Origin: Anaerolineales bacterium
GTDB taxonomy: Bacteria; Chloroflexota; Anaerolineae; Anaerolineales; UBA11858
Direction of reading: 5' to 3'
DNA: 56,612 nucleotides
Assembly (NCBI GenBank): GCA_045888315.1
Contig: JBGCVQ010000001.1
Location: 1-56,612, forward strand
The notes under the pieces are model-generated. The model was not told the origin of the DNA and ran no database searches. It saw only the letters and a list, made by a program, of their open reading frames with translations. Below are positions 15,587 to 25,053 of this stretch, in pieces. Position numbers and translations under genes: made by a program. Position 1 is the first letter of the stretch; each line of letters starts with the position of its first letter.

Positions 15587-16420
15587 TCAGCCCGCTTCAG
15601 ATAGGGAGACCTCGCCTTCCTGCAGGTCCGTCCTGTTCTGGCGCGCGGACCGCCATCGTCTTCCCAGCAAGCCGCTGAGTACCGCTGCCGGAACCAAACC
15701 CCCACCCCAGCGCATGAACTGGTTGATCCAGCCCGGGATCACGACTCTCCTGCCCTGGAGAGCCCGGTCAACGGTCAGCCTGGCCACCCAGCCGACATTC
15801 CGAGTTGTCAGCTGGCCCAGCAAGCCCTGGGCTTCAATGCCTTCGATGGCGCTGGGAGTAGTCGGCAGACCCGCGGGGCAGAGTACCGTGATGGTCGCCA
15901 CCCGGGTTTTGATCTCATCCCGCAGAGCCATTGAAAAATCCAGCAGGAAACGCTTGGAAGCCGCATAGGTCGCCTTGACAGGGATCGGGAAAAAGGCTGC
16001 CAGGCTGGAGACCGTGATGATCCAGAAAGGCTGCATGGGGTCAATTCTGTCCAGGATCGTGTGGGTGACCTCCAGGGTACCTTCCACATTGAGCCGGATG
16101 ATCCCGCGTAGTTCCTCCCGGGTCCTTTCCTTGAAGCTCCCCTCCACATCCAACCCAGCGACATTGATCAAGCCCCGGAAACGGAGCCGTTCCTCCTGTA
16201 AAGCCCGGAATAGCTCGGTCCTTGAGGCAGGATCCATTAGGTCACTTTCCCTGTAGAGGACAGAGATCCCGTACGTCCGCTCCAAGCCATCCGCCAGCAT
16301 TGCCAGGCGGCTGCGGTCCAGGTCCGTCAGGTACAGATCCCAACCCCGCCGGGCACACTCCACGGCAAAAGCCTTGCCCAGTCCACCCGCAGCACCAGTG
16401 ATGATCACCCTGCTTTTCAT
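15587..16420 (-). CDS. Short-chain dehydrogenase/reductase (SDR)
   Basis: VIITGAAGGLGKAF is the Rossmann motif and YAASK the catalytic motif. ATG 16420 is preceded by AAGGAGTGAGGG. Confidence 0.85.
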   Translation of the reverse strand: MKSRVIITGAAGGLGKAFAVECARRGWDLYLTDLDRSRLAMLADGLERTYGISVLYRESDLMDPASRTELFRALQEERLRFRGLINVAGLDVEGSFKERTREELRGIIRLNVEGTLEVTHTILDRIDPMQPFWIITVSSLAAFFPIPVKATYAASKRFLLDFSMALRDEIKTRVATITVLCPAGLPTTPSAIEGIEAQGLLGQLTTRNVGWVARLTVDRALQGRRVVIPGWINQFMRWGGGLVPAAVLSGLLGRRWRSARQNRTDLQEGEVSLSEAG

Positions 16421-16454
16421 ATCCCTCACTCCTTGCTCCCGTTCCAATACAAGC

Positions 16455-16542
16455 AGTGTACCGGATGACCGCCAGTTTGTCAATCATTTGTTTGAAATTA
16501 TTGTTTGAAACACTTGACAAAATCTTGCCTCTCCAGTATCAT
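16455..16542. promoter_or_regulatory. Back-to-back divergent promoters with candidate TetR operator repeats
   Basis: Plus strand: TTGACA 16514..16519, a 17-nt spacer, then TATCAT 16537..16542. Minus strand: TTGACA (16478..16483), 17 nt, then TACACT (16455..16460). The direct repeat TTGTTTGAAA lies at 16488..16497 and 16501..16510. Confidence 0.45.
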
Positions 16543-16564
16543 CCTCAGCAACAGGAGCAATCTT

Positions 16565-17431
16565 ATGGCAATCGCTACACGGAAAAACTACCTGGTAACC
16601 GGAGCGACCTCGGGGATCGGCCTGGCGATCATCGAAATCCTGGCCGCTAATGGCCAGCGGCTGATCGGGGTCGGCCGCTCCCTGGAGCGCTGCAGTGAGC
16701 AGCAGAATCGACTCAGAGAGACATACCCCCAGGCGCAAATTGTCTATCTGGTCGCTGACCTCTCCCAACAGATCCAGATCAGGCACCTTGCCAAACGGGT
16801 CCCTGAGGTATTGGAAAGCTGGGGGCAATCCAGCCTGGATGGCTTGATCAACAACGCTGGCACCTTCACCTTCTGGCAAGCATTGACCACGGAAGGCTTT
16901 GAAACCCAGTGGGCTGTCAATCACCTGGCGCCCTTCCTGCTTACCAACCTACTCCTGCCTCTACTCCATAAAGCCCCCTCCGCCCGGATCCTCACGGTCA
17001 GTTCCGGCTCCCATTACGGAGCCCGATTGAACTGGTCTGATATCCAGGGATTGGGAAGGTATAATCCCCTCAAAGCTTATAAGGTGACCAAACTGGCCAA
17101 TGTCCTGTTCAGCGTGGAGCTCAACCGCAGGCTGGGACCTGATTCCTCGGTCCGGGCTCTGGCTGTCGATCCGGGATTGGTCAACACCGGGATCGGCGGG
17201 AAATCTCGCTCACAGATCGCAGCCCTGGTCTGGAAATGGCGCCGGAATAAGGGGCTCTCCCCGGCCCAGTCCGCCGCCGGCATTGTCGAGACCCTTGAAA
17301 AGGACCTGAATGGTTCTCCGGGAGTATACTGGAAGCACGGGCAGCCCAAGAAACCCGACCCCTATACGTTGGAAGAGGACTATGGCTGGCGGCTCTGGGA
17401 GATCTCTCTCCAAATGACCGGCCTCATGTGA
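16565..17431 (+). CDS. Short-chain dehydrogenase/reductase (SDR)
   Basis: YLVTGATSGIGLA and YKVTK motifs. ATG 16565 is preceded by AGGAG. Confidence 0.85.
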   Translation: MAIATRKNYLVTGATSGIGLAIIEILAANGQRLIGVGRSLERCSEQQNRLRETYPQAQIVYLVADLSQQIQIRHLAKRVPEVLESWGQSSLDGLINNAGTFTFWQALTTEGFETQWAVNHLAPFLLTNLLLPLLHKAPSARILTVSSGSHYGARLNWSDIQGLGRYNPLKAYKVTKLANVLFSVELNRRLGPDSSVRALAVDPGLVNTGIGGKSRSQIAALVWKWRRNKGLSPAQSAAGIVETLEKDLNGSPGVYWKHGQPKKPDPYTLEEDYGWRLWEISLQMTGLM

Positions 17432-17444
17432 GGGAAGGATAAGC

Positions 17445-18038
17445 ATGACTGACAAGGAAACATCCACCCAGGAAGCCATCTTATTGGCAGCCATAGACTG
17501 CATCAATGAGAGCGGCCTCGAAAACGTCACCACCCGGATGATCGCCGAAAAGGCCGGAGCTAATATCGCTTCCATCAACTACTATTTCCGGACCAAGGAG
17601 ATCCTGGTCAATAAAGCCCTGGAGATCACCATCAACCACATGCTGGAAGACGTCATGGCTACGGTACAGGACACCAACCTGGATTTTCGCCAGATCCTGC
17701 AAGATGTGGTCTATTATCTGATCTCAGGCGCGAGCAGCAATCTCGGGATCTCCTCAGCCCACTTATATCGGCTTGTGGTCGAAAAGGATTATGAATCCAT
17801 CAGTGCCCAGAGCTTTCTGAGCGCTTTCAACAACCTGCTGGACCGAGCCGAGAGTGCCTTTCCAGAGACAGAACCACAACATTTGCGGCGCATCCTGGCT
17901 AGTATCTTTTCCTCCATCATGTTCATGATGCTGACTCCCTTCTTTTTTCAGCTCAAGGGGGAGGACTTTCCCGGGGATGACGCCTACCACCATGAGATGG
18001 CGGAATATTTCACCCAGATGTTCTACGCGATGATATAG
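17445..18038 (+). CDS. TetR/AcrR-family transcriptional regulator
   Basis: N-terminal HTH AILLAAIDCINESGLENVTTRMIAEKAGANIASINYYFRTKE. Confidence 0.85.
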   Translation: MTDKETSTQEAILLAAIDCINESGLENVTTRMIAEKAGANIASINYYFRTKEILVNKALEITINHMLEDVMATVQDTNLDFRQILQDVVYYLISGASSNLGISSAHLYRLVVEKDYESISAQSFLSAFNNLLDRAESAFPETEPQHLRRILASIFSSIMFMMLTPFFFQLKGEDFPGDDAYHHEMAEYFTQMFYAMI

Positions 18039-18132
18039 GTTCAGGCAATCTCGGGCCTGCGAGGAAAACCCGAACCCCCTTGCCTCCTGAGCACAGCCGC
18101 AACTTTCCCATCCTGACAGCTGTATCTCTATT

Positions 18133-18846
18133 ATGAAACTGACAGCCCTGGATAAGCTGGTTGCTGGAGCCTGCCTGTGGGCAGGTATCCTATTGATCCT
18201 CTCAACCATCTTCGAACCTACCCCTGAGAATCTGACCCTGGCTGTATCGATCACCCTCAGCGGCGCCTATACCTGGCTGCTGTACCTGACCCGATCACGC
18301 TGGATGGGTATCTTTACCAGCAATCCCCCGCGCGGCGCCTTCCTGGTCGGGTCGCTCAATGCAGCAGTCATCGAAACCCTCTTCCTGGTCGTTGAAAAGA
18401 TCTTTGGAGCCGTAGGCGTGGCTGCCCATCCCAATCTGCTGATCGATCTGCTGATCACGATGCCCTGGTACCTGGGAATGATCTGGATCTTCGTGCGGGT
18501 CCAGAAAGAGGAGCGGTTCACCCCTGGAGCGGTTCTGCTGCTGGGCGCTGTATACGAATTGGGAGCAGACGGGATCATCGGGGGCTTGATCTTCCCCACC
18601 ATCACCGGATCCCCTCCGGATTTCCTCGGGTACGGGGCCTTCATGGTCCTGGCGGTCTTCTGGCAGTTCATCCCTGTCTACAGCTCGATGGTCCTGCCTC
18701 CTGCCTGGATTCTGGCTTCCCAGAAAGAACCTAGCCCACCTAGCCGTCCCCGCTGGCTCCGCGGTTTCCTTCCCTTGCTGTGGATGATCCCTTATCTTCT
18801 TTACGTAATGCTCCTGTTCTTCTTGATCAGCGCGCTGGGAATCTAG
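18133..18846 (+). CDS. Hypothetical polytopic membrane protein
   Basis: Multiple hydrophobic helices and no recognisable motif. Confidence 0.55.
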   Translation: MKLTALDKLVAGACLWAGILLILSTIFEPTPENLTLAVSITLSGAYTWLLYLTRSRWMGIFTSNPPRGAFLVGSLNAAVIETLFLVVEKIFGAVGVAAHPNLLIDLLITMPWYLGMIWIFVRVQKEERFTPGAVLLLGAVYELGADGIIGGLIFPTITGSPPDFLGYGAFMVLAVFWQFIPVYSSMVLPPAWILASQKEPSPPSRPRWLRGFLPLLWMIPYLLYVMLLFFLISALGI

Positions 18847-19010
18847 GTCGATGATTTTTCTGATTGCGGGTCTTGTCTTGAATTTCAGGATCTAAACGGC
18901 AACGGCTTGTGCGACCTGGGAGAATGCCTGGAAAGTGAGAACAGCGCAGAGCTCCCAGCCAGCAGTCTGGGGGGAGGAGGACGGCGGAGAAGAGGCAGAT
19001 GGAAAAAGGA

Positions 19011-19031
19011 CCGGGAGCAGATTGCTCCCGG
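19011..19031 (-). terminator. Rho-independent terminator of the aldo/keto reductase gene
   Basis: CCGGGAGC-AATCT-GCTCCCGG on the minus strand, followed by TCCTTTTTCC. Confidence 0.6.
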
Positions 19032-19038
19032 TAATGAA

Positions 19039-20019
19039 TCAAGCAGGCCAGATCTTCCTACCCCCGCCGGGGGGAACGATCTCGTCGATCCGGGAAAGGA
19101 CATCCCGGCTGAGCGGGGGAACCAATCCAGCCCGGACATTCTGCTCCAGCTGCTTGACGGTCTTGGCGCCGGGAATCACAGTGGTGACAGCCGGGTGAGC
19201 CAGCACGAACTGCAAGGCCAGCTGGGCGAGGCTGCCATCGTAGGGGATTTTCCTGAGCTGATCCACCTTCGCCAGGTCCTCCAGGAAAATCTGGTTCTCC
19301 TCCGGATTCTCGATCCAGCTGCGCCGGAAATCACCCTTGGGAAATCGGGAATCCCTGTCGAATTTACCGGTCAGGACGCCCATCGCCAAGGGGCCGCGGA
19401 CGATGACCCCGATATCATGTTCCAGGCAGTAGGGGAATATTTCCTTCTCAGCAGTGCGGTTGAGGATGCTGTAATCGATCTGTAATGCTGACAGACCGCC
19501 ATCCGCGTTGAATTCCCGGATGAATTCGAAAATTGACGAACTGACCCCATAAGCTTTAATGACACCATTTCTCTGCATCATCTGGAAACCCTGGATGAAA
19601 TTCCGGGTATTTGGCTCCGGTTCATTGATATGGCACTGCAGCAGCTCGATATGGTCCGTGCCCAGCCTGGCAAGATTCTTCTCCACCCCGGCGATCAAAG
19701 CTTCCGGACTATCGTAAGCCGATTTGAAATGCTCCCGGTCGAAATCGATCCAGCCGACCTTGGTGGCCACGATGAAATCGTCCCTGCGTCCCCGCATAGC
19801 CTTGCCAAGCAGTTCTTCGCTGTGTCCAAAGCCGTAGACATCTGCGGTATCAAAGAAGGTGATGCCCGCTTGAACGGCAGCTTCGATGGTATCCAGTGAA
19901 TTCTGGTCATCCACGGGCCCCCATTCATTTCCGCCGATAGCCCACAGCCCGATCCCGATCTCAGTGACTTCCAGGCCGCTCTTTCCGAGCCTGCGGGTGT
20001 GCAATTTCCCAACAGTCAT
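19039..20019 (-). CDS. Aldo/keto reductase
   Basis: RRLGKSGLEVTEIGIGLWAIGG, FFDTADVYGFGHSEELLGKA and a C-terminal IPGAKTVKQLEQN. Confidence 0.9.
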   Translation of the reverse strand: MTVGKLHTRRLGKSGLEVTEIGIGLWAIGGNEWGPVDDQNSLDTIEAAVQAGITFFDTADVYGFGHSEELLGKAMRGRRDDFIVATKVGWIDFDREHFKSAYDSPEALIAGVEKNLARLGTDHIELLQCHINEPEPNTRNFIQGFQMMQRNGVIKAYGVSSSIFEFIREFNADGGLSALQIDYSILNRTAEKEIFPYCLEHDIGVIVRGPLAMGVLTGKFDRDSRFPKGDFRRSWIENPEENQIFLEDLAKVDQLRKIPYDGSLAQLALQFVLAHPAVTTVIPGAKTVKQLEQNVRAGLVPPLSRDVLSRIDEIVPPGGGRKIWPA

Positions 20020-20048
20020 CGATCCTCCTCAACCATATCCAAACCACC

Positions 20049-20606
20049 TCACAACCCCAGCAGCTGGGATTCAGCCTGCATGGCTTCCAGGACCCATCCG
20101 ACAAATGTCTTGAGAGGTACCTTCAGGTTCTCTTCGCACTTGAGGATCTTGTCCCGGTCCACGCTGGCCGCAAAGGCTTTGCTCTTGAATTTCTTTATGA
20201 CCGAGTCGACCGTGACGCCAGCCAGATGCTCGGGGTGGACCAGGGCAACAGCTACGATCAGCCCGGTGAGATCGTCACAGCTGAGCAGGGCGTAATCCAT
20301 CATGGTTGATGGTTCCACCCCGCTGTATTCCGAGGCATGGGATTGTATGGAGCGGATGATCTCCTCATCAACATCTTCACCCGCCAGCAAATCCTCCAAG
20401 AGGAGGGTGTGCCGTTCCATGTCATCCTTGGTCTGTTCGTAATCTGCGTCGTGCAGCAAGCCTACGATCTCCCATTGCTCAGCATCGCCGTCCAGTTCTT
20501 GGGCCAGCTTCTTCATGGCGATCGCCACACCGTAATGATGCTTCCGGAGATTCACGTTCTTGATGTGCTGGTGGAGCAGGTCCAGGGCTTTCTCCTTGTC
20601 GATCAT
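20049..20606 (-). CDS. HD-domain phosphohydrolase
   Basis: The H...HD pattern is present (LRKHHYGVAIAM ... GLLHDADYE). ATG 20606 is preceded by GGGAGAGGAAG. Confidence 0.7.
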   Translation of the reverse strand: MIDKEKALDLLHQHIKNVNLRKHHYGVAIAMKKLAQELDGDAEQWEIVGLLHDADYEQTKDDMERHTLLLEDLLAGEDVDEEIIRSIQSHASEYSGVEPSTMMDYALLSCDDLTGLIVAVALVHPEHLAGVTVDSVIKKFKSKAFAASVDRDKILKCEENLKVPLKTFVGWVLEAMQAESQLLGL

Positions 20607-20825
20607 CTTCCTCTCCCGGGTATTTACCTGCAGTATATCACGGAGACAATCCTCCAAAACGCTTCTGGCGCCAGTTTAACTTCAGACATTCCGCCCAGGT
20701 GCCGGAATCCATAAACCTCTGCCTTCCTGAGATGCGAGTAAACGAATCTGGCCTTTTACGGGTCCCTTGAGAACACCGAGCAGCAGACCGAGGTCACACT
20801 CACCATGGCGCCGGGAATAGAAAAA

Positions 20826-20845
20826 AGCGGAGCGCTAGCTCCGCT
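20826..20845 (-). terminator. Rho-independent terminator downstream of the fasciclin gene
   Basis: AGCGGAGC-GCTA-GCTCCGCT is flanked by A6 and T6 runs, so it could act in both directions. Confidence 0.75.
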
Positions 20846-20872
20846 TTTTTCACTACACTAAGGAGAAGAAAA

Positions 20873-22228
20873 CTATTGAGGGAGTAATACGGCATCGATG
20901 ACGTGAATGACACCGTTGGACGCCTCGATATCCGGAATGATCACCACGGAATCGTTGATCATCACCTCGCCATCCATTACAGAGATGCTCACATCCTGAC
21001 CCAAGAGAGTGATTGCTGAACTGAGGTCAACCACATCAGAGGCCATGACTTTACCATCCACAACATGATATAGGAGCACATCGGTCAGGGCCGGGATGTC
21101 CGCCAGCAGGCCTTCCACGGTTCCTTCAGGAAGAGCTGCAAAAGCCTCGTCGGTGGGGGCGAAAACGGTCAGGGGACCTTCAGCCTTGAGGGCATCCACC
21201 AAACCTGCGGCTTCCAAAGCAGCCACCAGGGTAGTGAAGCGGCCATCTTCCACTGCGATATCAACGATATCCCTTGTTTCCGGAAGGACAACAGCATCGA
21301 TGACATGAATGACGCCATTGCTGGCCTCAATGTCAGTGATAATGATCTGAGCGTTGTCGATCATCACCTTACCGTCCATGACCTGGATATCCAGGTACTG
21401 ACCTTGCAGGGTCTCAAGCTGGCTGAGCTCAACGACATCACTGGCCATGTATTTTCCATCAACGACATGGTAAAGCAGGATGTTGGTCAGTGCCGGTATA
21501 TCGGCCAAGAGGGCTTCTACTGTGCCTTCGGGCAGGGCCGCAAAGGCATCATCAGTGGGGGCAAACACGGTCAGGGGCCCTTCGGCCTTCAGGGCATCCA
21601 CCAAACCAGCTGCTTGCACGGCAGCAACCAGGGTAGTGAAGCGGCCATCTTCCACTGCGATATCGACGATATCACGGGTTTCGGGCAGCAGGACAGTGTC
21701 GATGACATGGATGATCCCGTTCGAAGTCTCGATGTCGGTAATAATCACCTGGGCATTGTCAATCATGACCTTGCCATCTTCAACTTGAACATTCACATAT
21801 TGACCCTGAAGTGTTTGGGCTTGAGTCAGCTCAACCACCTGGTCTGAAGTGACTTTCCCTTCTACAACGTGATAAAGCAGCACGTCAGTCAGAGCGGGGA
21901 TGTCAGCCAGCAGTGCGTCGACAGTGCCTTCTGGCAATGCTGCAAAGGCATCATCGGTGGGCGCAAAAACGGTCATGGGACCTTCAGCTTTCAAGGCATC
22001 CACCAAACCGGCAGACTCAACTGCAGCTACCAGAGTAGTGAAGCGGCCGTCAGCGATCGCAGTATCCACTATGTCCAGCATTTCAGGCGCAGGCTCTTCC
22101 GTGGGTTCCGGGACCGGGGTCGCAGTAGGTTTGGGCTCTTCTGTTACTGTCTCAACAGCTGCCGGGGCACAAGCAGCCAGGACCAGCACTACCGCTAAAG
22201 CAACGAGTAAAAAGGGTTTGAACTTCAT
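20873..22228 (-). CDS. Secreted lipoprotein with three tandem fasciclin (FAS1) domains
   Basis: Lipobox LVLAAC. The block [38 protein letters not shown]...LLYHVV...SNG.IHVID.VLLP is repeated three times. AGGAGG lies before ATG 22228. Confidence 0.9.
   Translation of the reverse strand: MKFKPFLLVALAVVLVLAACAPAAVETVTEEPKPTATPVPEPTEEPAPEMLDIVDTAIADGRFTTLVAAVESAGLVDALKAEGPMTVFAPTDDAFAALPEGTVDALLADIPALTDVLLYHVVEGKVTSDQVVELTQAQTLQGQYVNVQVEDGKVMIDNAQVIITDIETSNGIIHVIDTVLLPETRDIVDIAVEDGRFTTLVAAVQAAGLVDALKAEGPLTVFAPTDDAFAALPEGTVEALLADIPALTNILLYHVVDGKYMASDVVELSQLETLQGQYLDIQVMDGKVMIDNAQIIITDIEASNGVIHVIDAVVLPETRDIVDIAVEDGRFTTLVAALEAAGLVDALKAEGPLTVFAPTDEAFAALPEGTVEGLLADIPALTDVLLYHVVDGKVMASDVVDLSSAITLLGQDVSISVMDGEVMINDSVVIIPDIEASNGVIHVIDAVLLPQ
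20876..22075 (-). repeat. Three in-frame tandem coding repeats of ~402 bp (FAS1 domains)
   Basis: Unit boundaries derived from the translation are 21674..22075, 21272..21673 and 20876..21271. Confidence 0.85.
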
Positions 22229-22411
22229 TTGTTCCTCCTGGATAAAGGTTTTGTCCTCTTATTGTCAATATTTTGCCAAATATTCTAGGTTTTGTCAAGG
22301 GTTATTTTTGCAATACTTTGACAAAATATTGGCGATATTGCCCTATCCTGGGGGAAGAACCCTTGCAGTTTGATTGCCATTTTAATTTTAGGAGGGTCGC
22401 TTAAATAAAAA

Positions 22412-22430
22412 AATGGCTGCGAGAGCCATT
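22412..22430 (-). terminator. Rho-independent terminator downstream of the ycaQ-like gene
   Basis: AATGGCT-CTCGC-AGCCATT on the minus strand, followed by a run of seven T. Confidence 0.65.
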
Positions 22431-22456
22431 TAGCAGCTGCGTCAACAGCTGGATAT

Positions 22457-23695
22457 CTACAGCCCCACTAACCACTCCAGATCGCGCTTTTTCCTTAGCT
22501 TGGAAGAAAGCCGCAGCTCTTTGGCATCCAGGTAGTGGAGGAAATCAGCCAGGCAGTCTTTCACCGCCCCAATCAGATCCCCTGTGATCTCCACCCCAGG
22601 TTCCCACCACCAGTCCTGGATGGTCAGTGCGGCTGATTCCCGGTCGAAAGCGGGATCCAGGCGGGCCACAAAACGGTCCATATAGAGGACCGGCAGCACA
22701 TAATAGCCGTATTGGCGCTTTTTCTGTGGCTTATATACTTCCCACATATAGTTAAAGTCGAACAGTCTGGAAACTGATTTGCGGTCCCACAGCAGGTTGT
22801 CAAGGGGGGCGATCAGGGCTGCCTGGGGGAGGACCTCGGCTTCCAGCGCTTCCTGGAGGATGGCTTCATCGTCTTTCCGGAGGTAGAACTGCTCCCCGGG
22901 CAATTCCTCGATTTCAACTTCCAGCAGCTCGCCTGCGTCCACCTGGGCGCGAATGATATCCCGTCTGCGGGCTGATTTCACACCCATAATCCCGCCCCAC
23001 TGTTCTCCCGCGTTGGGATGGGCTAATCCCAGGGCGCCCACACGCCGCAGGACATGCCAGTGTTGGTATTCCTCTCGGCTAAGGTTGGGATCTGCAGCGT
23101 TGAGTATCTCTTCCGGGACCAGGTTCTCGATCAGATCGAAATACCTGCGGTTGTTCACCCGGTGGTGAACGCCCAGCTTGCCCATCTTGAACAAGCCCTC
23201 CAAGCTGGCCCGGGCCACCCGGGTCGGTCCCCAAGCCCAATCCGTTTTATGGTTAAAATCATAATCCAGGGAACACTGCGGTCCCTCCCTTCGGATCTGC
23301 TCCAGCATATCCGGAGCCAGGCTCATCACCACGTCACTGGGAATCCCGAAGATATCCTCCATGCGAGCCCGATGGCGGGCGAAATACGGCCAATCCTCCA
23401 CCAGGCTGAGGCTGGCCATCTTATCCCAATTATCGACCAGATAGCGGTCCTCGTACAGCAGCTCATCCAGCATCTCAGGGCGATAATCCTGGACCCGCGA
23501 TTGGAGCACCAGATCGGGATTACGGCCGACAACGTTGATGGGATCGAACTGGATCGACCTCACCTGTTGGAAATATTCCTTTACACCCCGCTTTCCCTGC
23601 CATTTTCGAGGAGGGTAGAGGCCTTGGAGGGCCAAGACGGTTTTGCGCGCTTGAGCCATGGTCAAAGTACGGGGAATACGGGAACTGGAACTCAT
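22457..23695 (-). CDS. YcaQ/AlkZ-family winged-helix DNA glycosylase (interstrand crosslink repair)
   Basis: ALQGL ... FDPINVVGRNPDLVLQSRV.DY ... VLPVLYMDRFVARLD pattern. The start is uncertain (ATG 23695 or 23659). Confidence 0.7.
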   Translation of the reverse strand: MSSSSRIPRTLTMAQARKTVLALQGLYPPRKWQGKRGVKEYFQQVRSIQFDPINVVGRNPDLVLQSRVQDYRPEMLDELLYEDRYLVDNWDKMASLSLVEDWPYFARHRARMEDIFGIPSDVVMSLAPDMLEQIRREGPQCSLDYDFNHKTDWAWGPTRVARASLEGLFKMGKLGVHHRVNNRRYFDLIENLVPEEILNAADPNLSREEYQHWHVLRRVGALGLAHPNAGEQWGGIMGVKSARRRDIIRAQVDAGELLEVEIEELPGEQFYLRKDDEAILQEALEAEVLPQAALIAPLDNLLWDRKSVSRLFDFNYMWEVYKPQKKRQYGYYVLPVLYMDRFVARLDPAFDRESAALTIQDWWWEPGVEITGDLIGAVKDCLADFLHYLDAKELRLSSKLRKKRDLEWLVGL

Positions 23696-23974
23696 TGAAA
23701 TTCATCGCCGGTTGTGGTGGAATTTGGAACTGTATTGTAACACGCACCGGGCTCAGATGAATCTAGGCCCGCACGTCCAGCCCGTCGGGAGGAGGAAGCG
23801 TTTCGCACAGACTCAGAAGGCGGATTATACAGCGCAGGATTTTCCACCAATAAAATAACCTGCAAAAGATCCTTGGCAGCTAACCCGCCTTCTGAGCGGG
23901 CACGAAACAACTTTCGACAATCCGTTATCTGTGGAAATCCTGCGGATTATCCGGTCAGATTTCTCATCAAATAC

Positions 23975-24004
23975 CGGCGTGTGGGCATATCAACCCACAC
24001 GCCG
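23975..24004. other. Perfect 11-bp hairpin in the long divergent intergenic region
   Basis: CGGCGTGTGGG-CATATCAA-CCCACACGCCG. Confidence 0.5.
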
Positions 24005-24089
24005 TTACTAAGGAGGAGAGAAACAGAAGGAGAAATAACTGTTTCACCACGCCTTAAAGACGATCTTTTAAGCGCCATTCTTACCTCTC

Positions 24090-24165
24090 AACCTCCGAGG
24101 TCGATTGGTAAATTCTGAGGGAAAATCAAGCGAGACCTCCGAGGTCTTATAGACCTCGGAGGTCT
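24090..24165. repeat. REP-like palindromic elements: one single unit plus one inverted pair
   Basis: AACCTCCGAGGTC at 24090..24102. AGACCTCCGAGGTCT-TAT-AGACCTCGGAGGTCT at 24133..24165 forms a 15-16 bp stem. The unit is the same as at 14123..14153. Confidence 0.7.
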
Positions 24166-24195
24166 CCCACGCAGCGAATCTGTTACAATCATAAA

Positions 24196-24969
24196 ATGTT
24201 CACTATCACTACCTGGAATGTCAATGGGATCAGGGCAGCATTTAAAAACAAGGCAGACGAATGGTGGGAGAAACATGACCCGGACTTGCTCTGCCTGCAG
24301 GAGATCAGAGCCCAGCCCGATCAGCTCACGGCAGCCCAGCGCGAGTCCCTGGAACGAAGATATCCTGTTTGGAATTCCGGAGAACGGGCTGGATACAGCG
24401 GTGTGGCCACCTTCGCGAAGGAACAGCCGCTGGCAAGCGAACTGGGGTTGGGAATCCCCAAATTCGACCAGGAAGGACGGGTGATCCAGACCATCCTGGA
24501 ACAGTTCCGGGTTTTCAACATCTACTTTCCCAATGGAGGCCGCGACCTCTCCCGGGTCGAGTTCAAGCTGGAATTCTACCAGGAGCTGCTGGAAATCTGC
24601 GATCAGCTCCACGACCAGGGGGAGAAGATCATCATCACCGGTGACTTCAACACCAGCCACCGCCCGATCGACCTCCGCAACGCCAAAGCTAATGAAGGCA
24701 ATACCGGCTTCCTGCCCGAGGAAAGAGCCTGGATCGATATCTATCTCGAGCATGGATTCGTGGATATCTTCCGGGAGCTCTATCCGGATCGAGAGCAGTA
24801 TACCTGGTGGACCTACCGGGGCAACGCCAGGGAAAGGAACGTCGGCTGGCGGTTGGACTATTTCTTGATCACTGAATCCCTGGCAGACCAGGTTGACGAC
24901 GTCATTGTCCATGACGATGTGATGGGCTCGGATCACTGCCCGGTCAGCTTGCTGATCGACCGCGGTTGA
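24196..24969 (+). CDS. xthA: Exodeoxyribonuclease III (AP endonuclease)
   Basis: TWNVNGIRA, LCLQEIRA, and the C-terminus GSDHCPVSL. Confidence 0.92.
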   Translation: MFTITTWNVNGIRAAFKNKADEWWEKHDPDLLCLQEIRAQPDQLTAAQRESLERRYPVWNSGERAGYSGVATFAKEQPLASELGLGIPKFDQEGRVIQTILEQFRVFNIYFPNGGRDLSRVEFKLEFYQELLEICDQLHDQGEKIIITGDFNTSHRPIDLRNAKANEGNTGFLPEERAWIDIYLEHGFVDIFRELYPDREQYTWWTYRGNARERNVGWRLDYFLITESLADQVDDVIVHDDVMGSDHCPVSLLIDRG

Positions 24970-25053
24970 TCCAGCCTGCAAATCGAGGGCCACGCCTGCC
25001 AATCCGACCTTTGAGGTATAATTTTTTTAGGTCAGGATACCTCTGGAGGCAGT

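Noticed and set aside
20876-22075. The ~400-bp periodic repeats as a CRISPR-like or non-coding satellite array.
   Set aside because: The repeats are in-frame FAS1 domains of one long ORF. The period is far too long for CRISPR, and there are no unique spacers.
24088-25002. A 304-aa ORF antisense to xth.
   Set aside because: The plus-strand product has unmistakable exonuclease III motifs. The antisense translation has none.
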